From Methylococcaceae bacterium (GTDB lineage: Bacteria; Pseudomonadota; Gammaproteobacteria; Methylococcales; Methylococcaceae): 64,000 nt of DNA. The translations under genes were made by a program, and so were the position numbers. Positions 1 through 10,541 of the stretch are shown piece by piece (within the stretch, counting starts at the first letter, position 1; each line of letters begins with the position of its first letter). The stretch lies in the NCBI GenBank assembly GCA_044351045.1, contig JBILGM010000001.1:7314-71313 (forward strand), written 5' to 3'. The notes under the pieces were generated by a model. The model had not been told where the DNA came from, did no database searches, and was given only the letters and a program-made list of their open reading frames with translations.

Positions 1-281
1 ATCACCTTGGGAACGAGATAAAGACCCGCTTCAACCGCTGGAGCCAGTTGTTGGAACAGTGCCCGCTGGTCCGGCTCAGTCACGGCATCGGGCCGCAGTC
101 GCTGGGCTTGGTCGAGCGGATGAGCCATCGGTTCGACCGCCGAGGTGTTGACGGCACTCATTTGCTCGATGAAATCGAGGATGCCTGAAAGATCTTGGGC
201 ATACGCAGCCGTTTTCTCGCTTTCGATGGCCAGACGTGCCAGCCAGGCAATACGGTTGACCTCTTCGGAGGTAAGTGACAT
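1..281 (-). CDS. gatC: Asp/Glu-tRNA amidotransferase subunit C (GatC); the 3' end runs off the window
   Basis: Reverse-strand translation from the ATG at 281-279 reads MSLTSEEVNRIAWLARLAIESEKTAAYAQDLSGILDFIEQMSAVNTSAVEPMAH..., which is GatC-like in size and pattern. It is absent from the ORF track because no stop codon lies inside the window. It is divergent from mreB. Confidence 0.75.
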   Translation of the reverse strand, partial: MSLTSEEVNRIAWLARLAIESEKTAAYAQDLSGILDFIEQMSAVNTSAVEPMAHPLDQAQRLRPDAVTEPDQRALFQQLAPAVEAGLYLVPKV

Positions 282-456
282 AGATTTGAGCTCTCTGGAA
301 AGGCGTGAAGTGACCTGAAGTGGTTCAATTATTCGGGAAAATCATGGACCACGTCAAAAGGGAGAGGCCTCGATTTCCCCCATGGCTTACCGATGATGAC
401 ACGCAGCCCGCTTGTGGCCTGAATTCCCCGTTCGACAAAGCATTGTTTCCCCTTAG

Positions 457-1566
<1,110 letters not shown>

Positions 1567-1622
1567 CAGAGGGGTTTGTTCTCTCTTCGTCCCTGTTCCA
1601 AATTTACCCTTGATCATCGCTG

Positions 1623-2525
1623 ATGCGAGCCCTGTCACCGACCAAGCCCCAGTTTGCCAACGGTTCCTCGCACCATATCAAGCTGGCGTTGTGCCTGCTC
1701 GTCTCTCTCGTTTTTCTCGCCATTGACAATCGGGAGACGGTCACTGTGGCGCGACTGCCGTTTGCAGCCATTGTCGATTCCGTCCGCCAGGCGATCCATG
1801 TGCCAAACCGGTTTTTCCAGAAGCTTGCAGAGCTTGGCAGCAGTCAGATTGAGCTGGCCTCGGAAAACCGACGGCTCAAGCAGGAGGCCTTGTTGCTCAG
1901 AGGCAGGCAGCTGGAGTTTGCTGCGCTTGAGCAGGAAAATATCCGCCTCAGAGGGCTTTTGGACAGCACGTTCAAGGTCGGGGATCAGGTACTGATTGCG
2001 GAACCCCTTTCGATCAATGTCGTGCCCTACGAGAATCTCATTGTGGTCAACAAGGGCCGGCGGTATGGCATTGAGCCCGGACAAGTCGTGGTTGACGGCA
2101 ATGGTGTGGTCGGACAGGTGTTGCGGGTCTCCACGCATCAGGCCGATGTCGTCATGATCACTGACCCCAGTCACGCGATCCCGGTTCAGATTAACCGCAA
2201 TGGTCTTCGGACCATCGCCGTAGGGACTGGCCAAACTGACCGATTGGAATTACCGTATCTGGCTGGCAGTGCCGATGTTCAGCCGGGTGATTTGCTCGTG
2301 ACATCTGGGCTGGGTGGCGTTTTTCCTTCAGGGTATCCGGTTGCCAGGATCGTATCCCAGCCCACCGGACAGCAGCGATCCGGCAAGTTCGAGGCCACTC
2401 CGGTGGCGCAGCTGGATCGCAATCGCGAACTTCTGGTGGTACGAAGCGATTCGACCCCATTGCCCCGTATCCCCGATAAAACCGAGCCGCACCGGTCCGA
2501 CAGCCTGACAGATGCCGCCCGATAA
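1623..2525 (+). CDS. mreC: Rod-shape-determining protein MreC
   Basis: 300 aa with an N-terminal TM segment, a coiled-coil (ENRRLKQEALLLR...LEQENIRLRGLL) and a beta-rich C-terminal domain. It lies between mreB and mreD. Confidence 0.85.
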   Translation: MRALSPTKPQFANGSSHHIKLALCLLVSLVFLAIDNRETVTVARLPFAAIVDSVRQAIHVPNRFFQKLAELGSSQIELASENRRLKQEALLLRGRQLEFAALEQENIRLRGLLDSTFKVGDQVLIAEPLSINVVPYENLIVVNKGRRYGIEPGQVVVDGNGVVGQVLRVSTHQADVVMITDPSHAIPVQINRNGLRTIAVGTGQTDRLELPYLAGSADVQPGDLLVTSGLGGVFPSGYPVARIVSQPTGQQRSGKFEATPVAQLDRNRELLVVRSDSTPLPRIPDKTEPHRSDSLTDAAR

Positions 2526-3012
2526 GCCGCAGGCTGCGGCTATGGCGGGTGTGATGCTCAGCTTCATCCTGGCCATGCTGCTGCGCATCCTGCCGTTCCC
2601 GCTGGACTGGTTTGCATGGAATCCCGACTGGCTGGCGCTCGTGGTGATTTACTGGACTTTGCTGGCGCCGGATCGGGTCGGTATTGTTACGGCCTGGTTG
2701 GTGGGCTTTCTTGCCGACGTATTGACCGGCCGCCTCTTTGGGCAACATGCCCTGGCCTACGCAGTCATTGCGTATGCCAACCTGCAAGTGCGGCAGAAGC
2801 TCCTCGTGCTGCCCATGCTGGTGCAGAGCTTCTGGGTGTTGTTCCTCCTTTTGCTGGCGCAACTGCTGATTCTGTGGACTCAGCGTGTCGAAATCGCCGA
2901 ATCGATGCGCGCCACTTATTGGCTACCCTCCCTCACTGGGGCGCTCGCCTGGCCGTTGGTGTTTGGCGTGATGCAGAGGCTCGGGCGTTTAGGTCTCATG
3001 CGAGGCTCATGA
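2512..3012 (+). CDS. mreD: Rod-shape-determining protein MreD
   Basis: 166-aa polytopic membrane protein that overlaps the mreC stop and sits in the conserved position in the mre operon. Confidence 0.8.
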   Translation: MPPDKPQAAAMAGVMLSFILAMLLRILPFPLDWFAWNPDWLALVVIYWTLLAPDRVGIVTAWLVGFLADVLTGRLFGQHALAYAVIAYANLQVRQKLLVLPMLVQSFWVLFLLLLAQLLILWTQRVEIAESMRATYWLPSLTGALAWPLVFGVMQRLGRLGLMRGS

Positions 3013-4856
3013 ACGAGAACTTCAGCGTTCGGGACGGGTTTCGCGAAAACCGGCTATTTCTCAATCGTATCGTGCTCAGTGTCCTGGCGATGATGCTGGG
3101 TGTCGCGGCCCTGGTGTTTCGGTTGGTCTACCTTCAGGTCACAGGACACGACCAATACGCTAGCCTGTCCCGCGAAAACCAGATCAAGATTGCGCCCATT
3201 CCGCCAAATCGCGGCATGATCTTCGATCGAAATGGTGACGTGCTAGCGGATAATTTTGTTACCTACAGCCTTGAAGTCACTCCGGAATTGGTCAAGGATC
3301 TTCCGGGCCTTCTTCAGGACTTGAAGCCGTTGTTGAGCCTCACTGATAGCGACCTCGAACAGTTTCAGGCGCTCAAGGCAAAACGCAAGGGATTCGAGAG
3401 CGTGCCCATTCGTTTGGGGCTGACTGAGGAAGAGGTTGCACGGACCGCAATCAGACTTCCCTGGTTGGTGGGCGCCGAAATCCACACCCGCATGATGCGA
3501 AATTATCCTTATGGCGACCTGACAGCGCATGTGGTGGGCTTCATTGCGCGCATCAACGACAAGGAGTTGGGCAACCTGGATCCGGCTCAGTACCGCGGCA
3601 CCTTCTTCATCGGCAAGAATGGGCTGGAAAAAAGCTACGAACCGTTGCTTCATGGCAGAACCGGCCATCAGGAATACGAAGCCAACGTCAAGGGCCGAGT
3701 GATCCGCCAATTGGCAACGACCGAGGCTGTCAACGGGGCTGATCTGCATCTTTCGCTGGATATCGGCCTGCAGAAGACAGCCATGGATGCTCTTGGGCCC
3801 TATCATGGCGCGGTGGTCGCCATCGACCCGAGGAATGGTGAAGTCCTGGCCCTGGCCAGCAAGCCCAGCTACGATCCTAATCCCTTCATTCAGGGCATCA
3901 GCTCGAAAAACTACGCGGCACTGCAAAATGACGAGGCTCGTCCCCTGTACGATCGGGCAACCCGCGGCGCCTACCCGCCGGGCTCCACCGTCAAACCCTT
4001 CGAGGCGCTCGCGGGGCTGGAACTGCTCAATTTATCGCCCGCGAGTCGTATCGCCTGTCCGGGCTATTTCCGTCTGCCCGGTTCCACCCACAAATATCGC
4101 GACTGGGCGCACTCCGGTCATGGCGCCACCGATATGCGCCTGGCGATCGTTCAGTCCTGCGACGTTTACTTCTATAGTCTGGCAAACCGCCTCGGCATTC
4201 AGCGTCTGCACGACTTCATGACCGGCCGTTTCGGTCTGGGCAACGTGACCGGACTCGATATTGCGGGTGAAAAAGCCGGGCTTTATCCCTCTGAAGAATG
4301 GAAGCGCACGCATCGCAAGGCGGAATGGATTGCCGGCGACACCGTCATTGCCGGGATCGGTCAGGGGTTCGTCACCACCACCCCATTGCAGATGGCACGG
4401 GCCACGGCGATTCTGGCCAACAAGGGCCTGGAAGTTGAACCGCGACTGGTCAGCCGGATCAAGGCGGGTGGGGACAATGAAAGCCCCTTTCCGCGACGCC
4501 AGGAAGCCGGCAAGCCGATCGCGCCTCATCACTGGAATACAGTGGTCAACGCCATGGTCGATGTGGTTCAGCGAGGGACAGCAAGACGGATTTCAGCCGG
4601 GCTGAACTATCAAATGGCCGGCAAGACCGGGACGGCGCAGGTTTTTAGCGTGGCTCAGGGAAAAAATTACAAGAGCATGCGTATCACCAAGTCCATGCGC
4701 GACCATGCCTGGTTCATCGCCTTCGCCCCCGCCGAGGCCCCCCGGATTGCCGTGGCGGTCATCGCCGAGAATGCCGGTCATGGCGGAACCGTCTCGGCCC
4801 CGATTGCCCGCAAGGTCATTGACCGTTGGTTGCAGCCTGCTGCCGGCAAGCCATGA
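3009..4856 (+). CDS. mrdA: Penicillin-binding protein 2 (elongasome transpeptidase)
   Basis: ORF 2616-4856. The ATG at 3009 overlaps the mreD stop (ATGA) and gives MNENFSVRDGFRENRLFLNRI plus a TM segment. Transpeptidase motifs STVKP, SCD and KTGTA are present. Confidence 0.9.
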   Translation: MNENFSVRDGFRENRLFLNRIVLSVLAMMLGVAALVFRLVYLQVTGHDQYASLSRENQIKIAPIPPNRGMIFDRNGDVLADNFVTYSLEVTPELVKDLPGLLQDLKPLLSLTDSDLEQFQALKAKRKGFESVPIRLGLTEEEVARTAIRLPWLVGAEIHTRMMRNYPYGDLTAHVVGFIARINDKELGNLDPAQYRGTFFIGKNGLEKSYEPLLHGRTGHQEYEANVKGRVIRQLATTEAVNGADLHLSLDIGLQKTAMDALGPYHGAVVAIDPRNGEVLALASKPSYDPNPFIQGISSKNYAALQNDEARPLYDRATRGAYPPGSTVKPFEALAGLELLNLSPASRIACPGYFRLPGSTHKYRDWAHSGHGATDMRLAIVQSCDVYFYSLANRLGIQRLHDFMTGRFGLGNVTGLDIAGEKAGLYPSEEWKRTHRKAEWIAGDTVIAGIGQGFVTTTPLQMARATAILANKGLEVEPRLVSRIKAGGDNESPFPRRQEAGKPIAPHHWNTVVNAMVDVVQRGTARRISAGLNYQMAGKTGTAQVFSVAQGKNYKSMRITKSMRDHAWFIAFAPAEAPRIAVAVIAENAGHGGTVSAPIARKVIDRWLQPAAGKP

Positions 4857-5983
4857 AAGTTGATCCATTGCTGACGCAGATTCGTCTGGGCTCCACGCGC
4901 CCAAACAACGGCTTTGTGAATCGGCTTCCGCTCGATTGGCCTCTTCTGGGCGGTTTGCTGTTGCTGTCCAGTATAGCGATGGTGGTGCTTTATTCGGCTT
5001 CAGGCCAGGATCTTGATGTATTGCTTCGCCAGGGCGCGCGGTTGCTTTTAGCGATGGCAGTCATGCTCGGCGTTGCCTATATCCACCCCCGCCATCTCTA
5101 CAACGCCAGCCCGATTCTTTACCTGGTCGGGGTGGTCATGCTGCTGCTGGTTCTGCTGGTCGGAAAAACCAGCATGGGAGCTCAGCGCTGGCTGGATTTG
5201 GGCATCATTCGTTTTCAGCCATCCGAGCTGACCAAGCTGTCCACACCCATGATGCTGGCCTGGTTTCTCTCGCAAGCGTCCCCCCCGCCCAAGTTCAAGC
5301 CGTTTCTCATTGCTGCAGCACTGATAGTGGTGCCGGCCTTGCTCATCGCCAAACAACCGGATCTGGGTACGGCCATCCTGGTCGGCAGTTCGGGGGCGGC
5401 GGTGATTTTCCTGTCCGGGCTCTCCTGGAAATACCTGCTGACATTGGTCCTGATAGGCGCGGGTTCCCTGCCGGTGCTCTGGCATTTTCTGCATGGGTAC
5501 CAGCGCGACCGCATCCTGACGCTACTCAACCCCGAAGCCGATCCACTGGGGCGGGGCTACCACATCATTCAGTCAAAAATTGCCATCGGGTCGGGCGGCG
5601 TCGGCGGCAAGGGCTGGCTCCATGGCACTCAGGCGCACCTGGAGTTCCTGCCGGAAAGTTCGACCGACTTCATTTTCGCGGTGCTGGCCGAGGAGTTTGG
5701 ATTGATCGGCTGCCTTGGCTTACTAGCGGCCTATTTCATCATCCTTGCCCGCTGTTTCTATATTGTCGTGCAGGCCAAGGATCGTTATGGCCGTTATCTG
5801 TCTGGGGCGCTGACCCTGACCTTTTTCATCTATATCTTCGTCAATATCGGCATGGTGATTGGCTTGCTGCCGGTGGTTGGCGTACCCCTGCCGCTGGTGA
5901 GCTATGGGGGGACTGCGACGGTCACTCTGCTTGCCGGGTTCGGTCTTCTCATGTCGATTCAGGCCCATCAGAACCGCAAGTAA
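4853..5983 (+). CDS. rodA: SEDS-family peptidoglycan glycosyltransferase RodA
   Basis: ORF 4826-5983. The ATG at 4853 overlaps the mrdA stop (ATGA). It is a polytopic FtsW/RodA/SpoVE-type sequence (PSELTKL, SDFIFAVLAEEFG, LPLVSYGG). Confidence 0.9.
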   Translation: MKVDPLLTQIRLGSTRPNNGFVNRLPLDWPLLGGLLLLSSIAMVVLYSASGQDLDVLLRQGARLLLAMAVMLGVAYIHPRHLYNASPILYLVGVVMLLLVLLVGKTSMGAQRWLDLGIIRFQPSELTKLSTPMMLAWFLSQASPPPKFKPFLIAAALIVVPALLIAKQPDLGTAILVGSSGAAVIFLSGLSWKYLLTLVLIGAGSLPVLWHFLHGYQRDRILTLLNPEADPLGRGYHIIQSKIAIGSGGVGGKGWLHGTQAHLEFLPESSTDFIFAVLAEEFGLIGCLGLLAAYFIILARCFYIVVQAKDRYGRYLSGALTLTFFIYIFVNIGMVIGLLPVVGVPLPLVSYGGTATVTLLAGFGLLMSIQAHQNRK

Positions 5984-6060
5984 GGCGGCAAGCATTCTCG
6001 GAGATGGGCTTTACCGGTATCCTGTACCCTTGATTTTTTTCTCTGTCGGTTGTCATTCCC

Positions 6061-7161
6061 ATGAAAAACAACATCATTGCCGCGCTGTTTGCTGGCACCT
6101 GTCTGGCGCTTGTCTCCGGCTGTTCCACCCAGACCTCCTCAACGACTAACGTCTCGGCGCCGGTTGACCGTAAACCCGCCAAACCGGCTGAGGTTGCCAA
6201 GACGGTCAGTGATGAACCCAAGGTCATCCTGCCCCCTTCGCCCGGCATTTCCCAGCGGCCTGCGGTGCGGGATTTCATCGCGGAAATGAGCCGCAAGCAT
6301 GGTTTCAGCATGGCTGAACTGACCCGCGCCTTTGACGAGGCCGGCACGGTACCTGCGATTCTTGATGCCATGGCCAAGCCCTACGAAGCCAAGCCCTGGC
6401 ACGCCTACCGCAAGCTGTTTCTGACCGAAAAGCGCATCAATGGTGGACGCGATTTCATGGCCACCCATGCGGCGGCGCTGGCGCAGGCCAAATCTCGCTA
6501 TGGGGTAGCGCCCGAAATGGTCACTGCCATCATCGGCATCGAAAGCGCCTATGGATTCAAGCCCGGTAAGTACCGTGTGATCGATTCGCTGTCGACGTTG
6601 GCTTTTGACTATCCCCGGCGGGCCAGCTTCTTCCGCAGCGAGCTGGAGCAGTTTCTGCTCCTCTGCCGCGAGGAGGGCATGGATTATCTGCAACCACTCG
6701 GCTCCTATGCCGGTGCCATGGGTATGCCGCAGTTCATGCCCAGCAGCTACCGCAAGCTCGCGGCCGATGGTGATGGCGACGGCAAGCGGGATATCTGGGG
6801 CAACCCGGCGGATGCCATCGCCAGTGTCGCCAATTACTTTGCCAAGAATGGCTGGCATAGCGGCGAGCCAATCGCGGTCCCCGCCCGGGTCAGCGGTGAC
6901 GGCTATCGCGAGGTCGTCAGCACCAAGAGTCCCAAGGCCACCCATACCCTGGGTCAGCTCGCCGATCTTGGCGTGACGCCGGCCGAGCCGGTGTCCGGCG
7001 GTCACAAGGCCGGCCTGGTGCAACTGGCCGGCGAAATGGGACCCGAATACTGGGTGACCTTCCACAACTTCTCGACCATCATGCGCTACAACCACAGTCC
7101 GTTGTATGCCATGGCGGCCACCGAACTGGTGCGAGAGTGGACCGGCGCAGAAAGTCGCTGA
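6061..7161 (+). CDS. mltB: Lytic murein transglycosylase B-like lipoprotein
   Basis: Lipobox LVSGCS, followed by an MltB/Slt2-type pattern (GIESAYG, GAMGMPQFMPSSY, DGDGDGKRDIW, RYNHSPLYA). Confidence 0.8.
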   Translation: MKNNIIAALFAGTCLALVSGCSTQTSSTTNVSAPVDRKPAKPAEVAKTVSDEPKVILPPSPGISQRPAVRDFIAEMSRKHGFSMAELTRAFDEAGTVPAILDAMAKPYEAKPWHAYRKLFLTEKRINGGRDFMATHAAALAQAKSRYGVAPEMVTAIIGIESAYGFKPGKYRVIDSLSTLAFDYPRRASFFRSELEQFLLLCREEGMDYLQPLGSYAGAMGMPQFMPSSYRKLAADGDGDGKRDIWGNPADAIASVANYFAKNGWHSGEPIAVPARVSGDGYREVVSTKSPKATHTLGQLADLGVTPAEPVSGGHKAGLVQLAGEMGPEYWVTFHNFSTIMRYNHSPLYAMAATELVREWTGAESR

Positions 7162-7351
7162 TCCGGCCTCGGAAGATTTGTCAGGCTGCAGGGTCGGGTT
7201 TATCCGCTCGCTGCCCTCAGGACCGCAAATTTCAATCAATTCGGGCAAGATTTACAGATACGCAAGTGCCAACCGGTGATTGCCTGCCGCGTCGGCTGGC
7301 CGGGGCATATTGCATTCCGCCTAAAATTCCGTTTGTTAGCTTGAATCAGGC

Positions 7352-7894
7352 ATGCTGCCCATCTTCCGACACCGCTGGTCACCCACTGGTCGCGGCCTCG
7401 CCGTTGCCCTGGCATTAACCCTGTTTGCAGGCTGTGCCAGCCAGCCCAAGGCCCCACCCGGCCCCGCCCGCCCGCCCATCAACATGGCCGTGGTGCGTGA
7501 TGCGCTGAGCATGAAAGGTATTCCCTATCGCTGGGGAGAAGAAACCCCGCAACGCGGATTCGATTGCAGCGGACTGGTTCAGTATGTTTTCAGCCAGCAT
7601 GGTGTCAGGCTCCCGCGCACGGCCTATCAGATGGCCATGGCACTCCCCGAGCTGGAAGAGGAGCAACGCCGGCCCGGCGACTTGCTGTTCTTCAACACCA
7701 CGGGAAAGCCCTACTCCCATGTCGGCATCTATATTGGCAACGATCAGATGGTCCATGCCAGCAGTGCGAAAGGCAAGGTCGTGGTTGGTTCGCTGAACAC
7801 ACCCTACTGGAGCCAGCACTACCTTGGTATGCGCCGACCCCTGGCCATCCAATCCTCTGAGCCTGAACTGCACCTTGGTCACTGGGTGCCCTGA
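7352..7894 (+). CDS. NlpC/P60 family peptidoglycan endopeptidase lipoprotein
   Basis: Lipobox LFAGCAS. Catalytic pattern FDCSGLVQYVF ... GDLLFF ... SHVGIYIGNDQMVHAS, typical of Spr/MepS-like NlpC/P60 proteins. Confidence 0.85.
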   Translation: MLPIFRHRWSPTGRGLAVALALTLFAGCASQPKAPPGPARPPINMAVVRDALSMKGIPYRWGEETPQRGFDCSGLVQYVFSQHGVRLPRTAYQMAMALPELEEEQRRPGDLLFFNTTGKPYSHVGIYIGNDQMVHASSAKGKVVVGSLNTPYWSQHYLGMRRPLAIQSSEPELHLGHWVP

Positions 7895-7921
7895 CTGACC
7901 ATTTAAATTTGAAACATTGCC

Positions 7922-8917
7922 ATGAAAGCCATGCTCATGAGCCGGACCGGCCCCGCCGATGTCCTGGCGCTTTGCGACATCCCCGAGCCCGTCCTGACTG
8001 AATCGACCCAGATCAAGGTTCGCCTGCGCGCCGCCGGCGTCAACCCGATCGATACCAAAATTCGCCGCAATGGCCTTCTCGGTACCGGCCGGCTGCCGGC
8101 CATTCTTGGCTGTGACGGTGCCGGTGAAGTGATCGAGATGGGCAGTGAAGTCGACCGCTTTTGCATCGGTGACCGTGTCTGGTTCTGTCACGGCGGCCTC
8201 GGCATCGAGCCGGGCAATGACGCCGAAATCACCGTACTCGATCAATGCTGGGCCGCGCCAATGCCGCAATCGCTGGACTTTGTCCACGCCGCCGCCGGCC
8301 CGCTGGTGCTGATCACCGCCTGGGGCATGCTGTACGACCGGGGCCGGCTGCAAGCCGGGCAGACCGCGCTGATCCATGCCGGCGCCGGCGGCGTCGGGCA
8401 TGTCGCCCTGCAACTCGCCAAACTGCGCGGAGCCCGTGTCATCACGACGGTCGGATCGGCGGAAAATGCAGCGCTGGCTAAAGACTGGGGCGCGGATGAG
8501 GTGATCAACCACCGCGAGCAGGACTTCGTCGCCGAGGTGAACCGGCTCACCGATGGGCAGGGCGCAGACCTGGTCGCCGAAATGGTCAGCGTGGAAGTCT
8601 TTACCCGCAGCATCGGCTGCACCGCGCACTTTGGTGATCTCGTGACCTTGCTCGATCCCGGCAATAGCCCATTGGCCGAAGCCCGGCTACGCAACCTGCG
8701 TATCGGCTTCGAACTGATGTTGACCCCGCAGCTACGCAGACTGACGGCTGCCCGTGAACACCAGATCAACATCCTGCGCCAATGCAGCGAACTCATCGAC
8801 AGGGGCCAGTTGAGCCTGCATGTCAGCCGGACCCTTCCGCTGGAACAGGCCGCTGAGGCCCACCGTCAGCTTGAAATGGGACACACGGTAGGTAAATGCG
8901 TACTCACCATGGATTGA
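7922..8917 (+). CDS. Zinc-type alcohol dehydrogenase / quinone oxidoreductase (MDR superfamily)
   Basis: 331 aa with a GroES-like N-terminal domain and a Rossmann motif (LIHAGAGGVGHVALQLAK), the typical MDR/Qor layout. Confidence 0.8.
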   Translation: MKAMLMSRTGPADVLALCDIPEPVLTESTQIKVRLRAAGVNPIDTKIRRNGLLGTGRLPAILGCDGAGEVIEMGSEVDRFCIGDRVWFCHGGLGIEPGNDAEITVLDQCWAAPMPQSLDFVHAAAGPLVLITAWGMLYDRGRLQAGQTALIHAGAGGVGHVALQLAKLRGARVITTVGSAENAALAKDWGADEVINHREQDFVAEVNRLTDGQGADLVAEMVSVEVFTRSIGCTAHFGDLVTLLDPGNSPLAEARLRNLRIGFELMLTPQLRRLTAAREHQINILRQCSELIDRGQLSLHVSRTLPLEQAAEAHRQLEMGHTVGKCVLTMD

Positions 8918-9248
8918 TTGATCGTCTCCATGGTCCGGCAGGGGAACGGTCACATTTCAATATCAAGCAGAGACTGCGCCCCACACCTCAGCTCGCCGTT
9001 ATTGCTCTACAACAACTGGGCGAACCCATGGTGCGAACTGTCCGCGTGTCGGGATGACATCATCGCAGCACTGGATTGGTTGTTGAGAGGGGTTTGATGA
9101 AAGATGCGCATAGCGGGATAAATCGTTTCCATGTTGGAGAAGGGGACCGATGAAAACTACCCTCCGTTGATTCGCTGCCAACAAGCGCTTACCCTGAACT
9201 CACCCGAACGGTTTTCGGGCCTTTCCATTCAAGCATCGGAGAAAAACT

Positions 9249-9878
9249 ATGAAAAAAGTCATGCTGACACTGATCGAGGCATTGGCCAAGCAGGGTCTCG
9301 ACAAGCTGGAGCGCGCCCTCGCGTTTGGCGGCGGTCTCGTCCTGTTGTTGGCTTTTGCCAGCGGCTCCTTTTCACCCGACCACAACTGGTTCAGTTTCCT
9401 GTTCCGCTGGCTGCATGTGATCGCCGGCATCATGTGGATCGGCCTGCTGTGGTACTTCAATTTCGTGCAGATTCCGTCGATGCCGAAGATCCCTGACGAA
9501 CAGAAGCCGGCCATCGGCAAGGTCATTGCACCCGCCGCGCTCTTCTGGTTCCGTTGGGCGGCGCTGGCCACCGTGGTGACCGGCCTCATCGTCATCAGCA
9601 TGAAGGGCTTTGGTGCCTTGGGCGATGCGTTGGCCCTGGGCTACCTGAAAGGGGGTTATTTCACCTATATCGGCATCGGCATGTGGTTGGGTTTGATCAT
9701 GGCCTTTAATGTCTGGAATATCATCTGGCCGAATCAGAAGATCGCCCTGGGTATGGTTGAGGCCACGGCGGACGAAAAGAAGGCCGCTGCACGCACCGCC
9801 ATGCTGACCAGTCGCTTCAACACCATGTTCTCCATCCCCATGCTCTATTTCATGGTCGCTGCGCAAAACGTGGCCTGA
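9249..9878 (+). CDS. Integral membrane protein of unknown function
   Basis: 209 aa, GGAG Shine-Dalgarno upstream and 4-5 hydrophobic helices. The motif RWLHVIAGIMWIGLLWYFNFV recalls the membrane domain of PuuD-type urate hydroxylases, but no cytochrome c domain is present. Confidence 0.55.
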   Translation: MKKVMLTLIEALAKQGLDKLERALAFGGGLVLLLAFASGSFSPDHNWFSFLFRWLHVIAGIMWIGLLWYFNFVQIPSMPKIPDEQKPAIGKVIAPAALFWFRWAALATVVTGLIVISMKGFGALGDALALGYLKGGYFTYIGIGMWLGLIMAFNVWNIIWPNQKIALGMVEATADEKKAAARTAMLTSRFNTMFSIPMLYFMVAAQNVA

Positions 9879-9914
9879 GGGCTTTCATTGTGGGCAGGCT
9901 TGCCCCCTGAAAAT

Positions 9915-9942
9915 AAAAAACCCGGCTCAGGCCGGGTTTTTT
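9915..9942. terminator. Bidirectional rho-independent terminator between convergent genes
   Basis: AAAAAACCCGGC-TCAG-GCCGGGTTTTTT: a perfect GC-rich hairpin flanked by an A-run and a T-run, between the stops of 9249-9878(+) and 9958-10470(-). Confidence 0.75.
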
Positions 9943-9957
9943 GCGGAATGGCTGTCG

Positions 9958-10470
9958 CTATTTTGCCAACCCACTGGCAGCGCGCATCAGCGTGTCCCTG
10001 TCCATGGAGCCACTGAACTTCAGCGGCAGCTTGCCCAAGGCGCCCAGCCAATTGTTCCAGATGAGGTTGCCGGTCACCTGATAATCCAGCGCCGGCCTGG
10101 TTTGCAGGATGAGGAGTTGCTTCACCGCACTCATGGTATTGGCGGTCACCTCGACATCCATTTCCGATGTGCCCAGCTTTTTCAGCACCAGCGGACTGCG
10201 GCTGACGCCCGCCGCGACCGGCTGGCCATTCAGGGCCAGGGCGACATCCGCACCGTCCAGATTCACATCCAGATCATTCGGGTTGTCCACTTTCAAACGC
10301 ACCAGAAAACTCGGGCTCAGTGGATTCAAATGCTTGATGTTGAGGCCGGCCAGAGAAACCTTGGGTTCCTTGAGATTTTTGTAGTCGGTGGTGAGCAGTG
10401 AACAGCCGGTTTGTGTCATGAACAGCGCGGCAAGCCACCATCCGGCGACCCGAGTGGAAAAGGCCTTCAT
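9958..10470 (-). CDS. LEA type-2 (WHy domain) family lipoprotein
   Basis: Lipobox MTQTGCS. The pattern KVSLAGLNIKHLNPLSPSFLVRLKVDNPNDLDVNLDGADVALALNGQPV is typical of bacterial LEA_2/WHy proteins. Confidence 0.75.
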   Translation of the reverse strand: MKAFSTRVAGWWLAALFMTQTGCSLLTTDYKNLKEPKVSLAGLNIKHLNPLSPSFLVRLKVDNPNDLDVNLDGADVALALNGQPVAAGVSRSPLVLKKLGTSEMDVEVTANTMSAVKQLLILQTRPALDYQVTGNLIWNNWLGALGKLPLKFSGSMDRDTLMRAASGLAK

Positions 10471-10541
10471 GGTTACGAGTCCCTTGAGTGTGTCAAAAAT
10501 AACGCCGGATTGTATCAGTCGGGAACAGCCGCCCCGCCGGG

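Noticed and set aside
2616-3008. Upstream extensions offered by the ORF track: PBP2 from 2616, RodA from 4826, BatD from 39603, Wzm from 26765, Wzt from 27634, FG-GAP protein from 23043, PPIase from 24319
   Set aside because: Each extension overlaps the preceding gene, a repeat array or a terminator in another frame, and has a low-complexity, Arg-rich translation. The internal ATGs give canonical N-termini (signal peptides or TM anchors) and typical ATGA stop-start coupling.
8999-9184. Short ORFs in the 8918-9248 intergenic region (8999-9184(-), 9131-9496(+))
   Set aside because: They have no ribosome-binding sites or motifs. 9131-9496 overlaps the better-supported membrane protein gene, which starts at 9249 with a GGAG SD.
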